Shown here piece by piece: positions 17,205-21,697 of a stretch of DNA of 21,697 nt (position 1 is the first letter of the stretch; each line of letters opens with the position of its first letter). The position numbers and the translations under genes are program-made. The notes beneath the pieces are model-generated. The model did no database searches, was not told where the DNA came from, and saw only the letters and a program-made list of their open reading frames with translations. This stretch comes from a bacterium (GTDB lineage Bacteria; Muiribacteriota; UBA6191), in the NCBI GenBank assembly GCA_036339875.1, contig JAYZAC010000201.1, positions 1 to 21,697 of the forward strand. Reading direction: 5' to 3'.

Positions 17205-18349
17205 AATCAGATATTTTATCTGATACAGTCAAGATTTCTCAAGAAGTTGCTAATCTCCGTAAACAGGGTCAAACTATCTTAGACCTTGGAGTTGGAGAAA
17301 CTTTAATTCCCTTAGATCAAATCATTCGAAATTCTTTAAATAATAATTCATTAGCTGAGCGTTTTAATTACCCCCCAGTAACTGGACTTACAGATACTAT
17401 TGAGGCTTTTTGCTACTATATGCAAGAAAGGTTCAAAGTACTAATTAGTGCAGAAAATTGTATCAGTACTTGTGGAGGTAAGCATGCTAGCTATCTAGCT
17501 TCCAGAATTACTTTGAATAAAAATGATAAAGCCATGCTTTGTTTACCTTATTGGCCCAGCTTCTCCGCTCACGCGAAAATTTGCCATGCTACACCTGTTT
17601 TAGTTAAAAGCGATGATAAATTTAAGATTAGTTTGAATGATTTAGATAATGCTTACGATGAAAGTTGTAAACTACTTTACTTAAATAATGCTGGAAATCC
17701 ATCGGGAGTACTTTATTCAGAATCAGAATTGCTAAATATTTTAGAATGGGCAAAAAATCACAAAGTCTTAATACTGAGTGACGAAGTCTATCTAGCAATT
17801 GATTATGAAAATAAAAAAAGTCCTAGCTTAGCAAGCTTAGACCCTAATCTAGAAAACAGTATAATCATTCAATCTTGTAGTAAAAGTTTTGCAATGACAG
17901 GTTTGCGTGTAGGCTTTGTTATTGCAAACAAGCAACGGATAAAACAACTAACGGCCTTGCAAAGTCAAACCATTGGAAACACTTCAACTTTGGCTCAGTT
18001 AGTCGCGAAAGATGCCTTATTAAATTATAAAGTTATCGAAAAATCGCTAACTAATAAACTTAAATTACGCAGGAATTTAATGGCTAGTTATTTAATTGAA
18101 AATTTTGGATGGAAAGGGATTGTTCCCCTCACAAGTCTTTATTGTTTTTTACCAATAAAACTATTTACTAATTCTATTAGCAGTAGTTTGAATTTAAGTG
18201 TTCGTCTACTGAAGGAGGCGAGTGTTTGCGTAGTGCCCGGCAGCGCATTTGGTGAAGATAATTACATAAGATTGAGTTTTGGTGCTCGTACAGAAACTAT
18301 TCGAAAAGCGATGGAAGAGCTATGTCGTTGGAGAAATATTAATGAATGA
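17201..18349 (+). CDS. PLP-dependent class I (subgroup Ibeta-like) aminotransferase
   Basis: LGVGE, GGKH, GNPSG, SDEVY, SCSKSFAMTGLRVG (PLP Lys), VVPGSAFG, YIRLSF. ATGA coupling with pheA. Confidence 0.92.
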   Translation: MKSDILSDTVKISQEVANLRKQGQTILDLGVGETLIPLDQIIRNSLNNNSLAERFNYPPVTGLTDTIEAFCYYMQERFKVLISAENCISTCGGKHASYLASRITLNKNDKAMLCLPYWPSFSAHAKICHATPVLVKSDDKFKISLNDLDNAYDESCKLLYLNNAGNPSGVLYSESELLNILEWAKNHKVLILSDEVYLAIDYENKKSPSLASLDPNLENSIIIQSCSKSFAMTGLRVGFVIANKQRIKQLTALQSQTIGNTSTLAQLVAKDALLNYKVIEKSLTNKLKLRRNLMASYLIENFGWKGIVPLTSLYCFLPIKLFTNSISSSLNLSVRLLKEASVCVVPGSAFGEDNYIRLSFGARTETIRKAMEELCRWRNINE

Positions 18350-18839
18350 TTGGATGAGAATTCAGTCGATATTTGCTAAGCGGGTCGAAGTATTACAGAG
18401 GAAACTTCCTATCTATCTAGAGCATAGACTATTGTATGACTATCAAAAAGTAAGTTTCTGGATACAGGCTTGCCCGGGTTTTGATGTTAAAATTTATATA
18501 ACACCAGCACTAATAGGTACCTATGTTGACCAGGACCATTGCGATTTATCTTGTGATTTTGATGCTGGAATTGAATTTACTGTTAGGTTTACATTTAATT
18601 ATTTTGAAAGTCTACTTACTAAAAAAAGTCGTTTATGTCGTTGGTTTAAGAACGACATCATACAGACACGTAGTATTGATCAATGGGATGGGAAAAATTG
18701 GATGAATACACAAGGCAGTTCTCCCAAAAGCTTAGAGAGCTATCACAGGCAATTCACATATAACGATCTAAATATTAATGAAGAAGTGAATGACAATAAT
18801 TTAAATTTTGCTGAGCTATTAGCATGCGAGCAGAATTAG
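18342..18839 (+). CDS. Hypothetical protein
   Basis: Start placed at ATG 18342 (MNDWM) with GGAG 8 nt upstream, overlapping the aminotransferase end by 8 nt. No family recognised. Confidence 0.65.
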   Translation: MNDWMRIQSIFAKRVEVLQRKLPIYLEHRLLYDYQKVSFWIQACPGFDVKIYITPALIGTYVDQDHCDLSCDFDAGIEFTVRFTFNYFESLLTKKSRLCRWFKNDIIQTRSIDQWDGKNWMNTQGSSPKSLESYHRQFTYNDLNINEEVNDNNLNFAELLACEQN

Positions 18840-18869
18840 CTGGAATATTGCGAAATATTAGATCTTAAT

Positions 18870-19727
18870 ATGTCTGTGGATAATTATAAATTTCAGGTAG
18901 CTTGTTTAATATTAAAACAAACTTTAGTTTTTTTGTCAGATCAAGGATTAGAAGATTGTTTGGAATATTCAAGTTGGGAACAGTTAAGTCCAAATCTATC
19001 TGTAAATCCCAAAATTTTCGATAAAATAAAAATTGAGGCTAAAGAAATATACAATGAGCCGAATCGACAACCCGCAGACTTTAATTCATTTTGGAAGATT
19101 ATTGTTCCCAATCTAACTGCAATTTCTACTAATTCTGAAATAGTAGTCATAAAAAAGCGACTGCAAAATTTTATAGAACTTAAAAAATTATCTATAAAAA
19201 ATAAACTTACAGGATTCTCTGATTCTCCCCAGTTGAGTCAAACTGAATTACAACAGGAGTTAAAATGGATAAATGACTTGGTTAGTTCGGGAGATAAAGA
19301 TTGTTTGATTAAGTTATGGCAAAAACTCCAGTTCTGCGATGACAAGCGATTAACAGAGGTTCTGAATTATGAGATTGGTAAATTAAATGATTTGTTAGCC
19401 GATGAAATACAAAACTTCAATAATTCCAATACCCAATATTATGATGGAATTGACCTCGGTGGTTTGAGTAAAAACTCCACTACTGATCAATTAAGTGTTA
19501 TTTCACAACTACTGAACTATGGCGATCAAGCTAGTTTAGCACTTGTTGGACTATTAGTATTGCACCGCGATAAGGCCATAAGGGATATAATAATTGAAGG
19601 TTTGTTAGAGTTTGAGCGGGTCGATTTGATTACCTTAATTGAATTGATGGAAGCTCATTCTGATAAACAATATCGAATTGCCGCATTGAAAATTCGACAG
19701 CAAGTCATTGGTAAGGAGACCTTATGA
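18870..19727 (+). CDS. Hypothetical alpha-helical protein, possible HEAT-like C-terminal repeats
   Basis: 285-aa Leu/Ile/Glu-rich ORF with HEAT-like segments (HRDKAIRDIIIEGL, HSDKQYRIAAL). Stop overlaps the tldD start (ATGA). Confidence 0.75.
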   Translation: MSVDNYKFQVACLILKQTLVFLSDQGLEDCLEYSSWEQLSPNLSVNPKIFDKIKIEAKEIYNEPNRQPADFNSFWKIIVPNLTAISTNSEIVVIKKRLQNFIELKKLSIKNKLTGFSDSPQLSQTELQQELKWINDLVSSGDKDCLIKLWQKLQFCDDKRLTEVLNYEIGKLNDLLADEIQNFNNSNTQYYDGIDLGGLSKNSTTDQLSVISQLLNYGDQASLALVGLLVLHRDKAIRDIIIEGLLEFERVDLITLIELMEAHSDKQYRIAALKIRQQVIGKETL

Positions 19728-21133
19728 AGATTTTTAAATCCACAATAACGGACCGCTTGATGGAAGCTCTCAACAAATTTAATGATCAATCAGACTATAT
19801 GGAAATAAGATTAGAGGAAACTCGTCGATTGAGCGTGAACTATAATGAAAAGGGAATAAAGCGATTAGGCCATGATGAGAAAATAGGTGGATGTGTAAGA
19901 GCTTGCTTTAATGGAGGTTGGGGATTCAGTTCTTTTACGGATTTGTCAAAGATCAATACAAGTGCTGCGGAAGCGATTGAATCTGCAAAAATTTTGGGCC
20001 AGAGTAAAACGAATTTAGCAGATGTACCTGCAGTTGATGAACATGTCGCTTTACAATTACTCAACGACCCCCGAAATCGAACTTTAGAAAGTAAACTTAA
20101 TATTTTGGAATCTTATTTAGAATGCTTTAAGCGGTATCCTTCAGAACTCTTGAAAGCGTGCAGAATTACATATACTGAAGAATTTAAGGGAATGGTTTTT
20201 GCTAACTCTCAAGGCAGTTTTGTTAGCCAAGAGAATTTAGCCATGGACCTTACATTAGTAGCTATAGCAATTCAACATGGAAATCCAACAATGATGATGA
20301 GAATTCTTAATAGCGCTCGGGATGCAGACTTCCTACTAAATAAAGAAAGTTTAATAAAAGAAGTTTGCGATGAGGCGATTCTTTTTTCAAACGCAAAGCC
20401 CATGAGCGCAGGAGACTTTCCAGTTATTTTAGATTCAGTATTAGCTGGAACTCTTGCTCATGAGTCATTTGGCCATACTTCGGAGGCAGACCTTTTTGCC
20501 AGTAGTCCTGGAGGTCGTGAAACTTTACGCTTGGGTAGGCAGTTTGGTCGTGAATGTCTAAATATTTATGACACCGGCTTAATGCACAATTATTCTGGCA
20601 GTATGAAATATGATGATGAAGGCGTAGCTACTTCTCATACGAAGTTGATCGAAAAAGGTGTTTTAGTCGGTAGATTACATAATCGAGAAACAGCAGCTGA
20701 ATTTAATGAACCTGTTACCGGAAATGCAAGAGCTGTAGGATACTGGTTTCCGCCTATTGTTAGAATGCGAAATACTTGTATCGCTCCCGGTGAACAAGAC
20801 TTTGATGATTTGCTTGAAGGGATTAGTGATGGAGTGTACGCAATAGGAATGCATGGAGGTCATGGAGGAGAGAATTTTTCGTTTATACCAGCAGGTGGCT
20901 ATAGAATTCGTAATGGCAAACTAAGCGAACCTGTAAAAAGCTTCAGTATAAGTGGTAATTTATTTAAAACCTTGAAAGAAATAGATGGGATAACAGGATT
21001 AAATGATTTTGGTACATTAGCTGCTAGTGGTGAAAATGGAGGATGTGGAAAATTTGATCAGTGGCCATTACCAGTGGGAATGAGTGCTCCCCGTGTTCGA
21101 ATACAATCTGTGACTGTTGGAGGTATAGCTTGA
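19724..21133 (+). CDS. tldD: TldD metalloprotease subunit
   Basis: GGWGFSS, HESFGHTSEAD (HExxGH), YDDEG, TGNARA, RMRNT, C-terminal CGK..Q.PLPVG. AAGGAG SD. Confidence 0.93.
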   Translation: MKIFKSTITDRLMEALNKFNDQSDYMEIRLEETRRLSVNYNEKGIKRLGHDEKIGGCVRACFNGGWGFSSFTDLSKINTSAAEAIESAKILGQSKTNLADVPAVDEHVALQLLNDPRNRTLESKLNILESYLECFKRYPSELLKACRITYTEEFKGMVFANSQGSFVSQENLAMDLTLVAIAIQHGNPTMMMRILNSARDADFLLNKESLIKEVCDEAILFSNAKPMSAGDFPVILDSVLAGTLAHESFGHTSEADLFASSPGGRETLRLGRQFGRECLNIYDTGLMHNYSGSMKYDDEGVATSHTKLIEKGVLVGRLHNRETAAEFNEPVTGNARAVGYWFPPIVRMRNTCIAPGEQDFDDLLEGISDGVYAIGMHGGHGGENFSFIPAGGYRIRNGKLSEPVKSFSISGNLFKTLKEIDGITGLNDFGTLAASGENGGCGKFDQWPLPVGMSAPRVRIQSVTVGGIA

Positions 21134-21697
21134 ATTCTATCTATCAATTATTGGAGATACAAAGTCATACCCAGTCGATTTCTTTTGAAAAAAATCATCT
21201 TAAGAATTGTGATCATCAGAATCGTTTCAGCAAAGTTTTAAAGTATCAAGATAATAACCGTTCAGTGAATATCAATGGCGAACAAGAAACCACTTTAGAG
21301 GTAATGATAGATAAGGCGAAGTTATTGGTTCCACATGGTCAATCCATCGACTATAAAATCAAACAAGATCTTGAACCGAGACCTTTTTCAACAGCAACGA
21401 ATTCTTACTTAGATAGTCTAGATTTAAATTCCATGATGAGTATAGGTAAGATTTTTGTAGACAAAGTTACAAGGAACTTCAATGGTTTAGCTTGCGATGT
21501 CAAAATTTCAAAATCGATCCAAAAGGTTAATCTTAAAACTTCAGCTGGTAGAGAACATAGTTTTCCTCTTCATGATTTTTCAATATCAACTCTAATAACC
21601 GGTTGCGAGGAAGATGATATTTTATTTTTTGCTTCTAGCTTAAATGAACCAATAAAAAGTTTGGATCAAATTAATCAGTTTTGTGATGAACTTAACT
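21130..21697 (+). CDS. pmbA: TldE/PmbA-family protein, N-terminal part (runs off the window; absent from ORF track)
   Basis: TTG at 21130 overlaps the tldD stop (TTGA), with GGAGG upstream. The frame is open to the window end: MNSIYQLLEIQSHTQSISFEKNHLKN...SKSIQKVNLKTSAG...EEDDIL. It resembles the PmbA N-terminal domain and sits in the usual tldD-tldE order. Confidence 0.75.
   Translation, partial: MNSIYQLLEIQSHTQSISFEKNHLKNCDHQNRFSKVLKYQDNNRSVNINGEQETTLEVMIDKAKLLVPHGQSIDYKIKQDLEPRPFSTATNSYLDSLDLNSMMSIGKIFVDKVTRNFNGLACDVKISKSIQKVNLKTSAGREHSFPLHDFSISTLITGCEEDDILFFASSLNEPIKSLDQINQFCDELN

Noticed and set aside
16782..20863. Short ORFs 16782-16964, 18523-18705, 18941-19150, 19840-20064, 20675-20863
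   Set aside because: All are nested in or antisense to longer, better supported genes and show no coding signals of their own.
18342..21697. RiPP biosynthetic cluster around tldD/E
   Set aside because: No precursor peptide, YcaO, radical SAM enzyme or transporter in the window. TldDE is commonly housekeeping.
1..21697. CRISPR array, mobile element, prophage or anti-phage defence island
   Set aside because: No regularly spaced repeats, terminal repeats, recombinase, transposase or phage genes seen. The only nuclease has a signal peptide and belongs to a common secreted family.

Overview
AT-rich bacterial chromosomal segment (standard genetic code), densely coded with about 21 genes. I found no rRNA, tRNA, CRISPR array, transposase, integrase or phage gene. 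In order: CPA1 cation/H+ antiporter; DUF3050-type heme-oxygenase-like protein; leuS; orphan membrane protein; secreted non-specific endonuclease; moeA; a small Cys-motif protein coupled to degP/htrA; a histidine phosphatase head-to-head with a Vibrio VxrA/VxrB/VxrC (WigKR)-like locus; two orphan ORFs; a chorismate mutase-TyrA / pheA / aminotransferase operon running into two orphan ORFs and tldD-tldE (tldE is cut by the window edge and missing from the ORF track). Most notable: (1) the vxrABC-like envelope-stress locus sharing a 25-bp, probably bidirectional and leaderless promoter with a His-phosphatase; (2) a chorismate mutase fused to a plant-like, probably arogenate-type TyrA; (3) recurrent -10 boxes 8-9 nt before SD-less start codons; (4) orphan genes coupled to degP and tldDE. 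All family calls come from motif recognition by eye, not database searches, and no novel system is proven from sequence alone.
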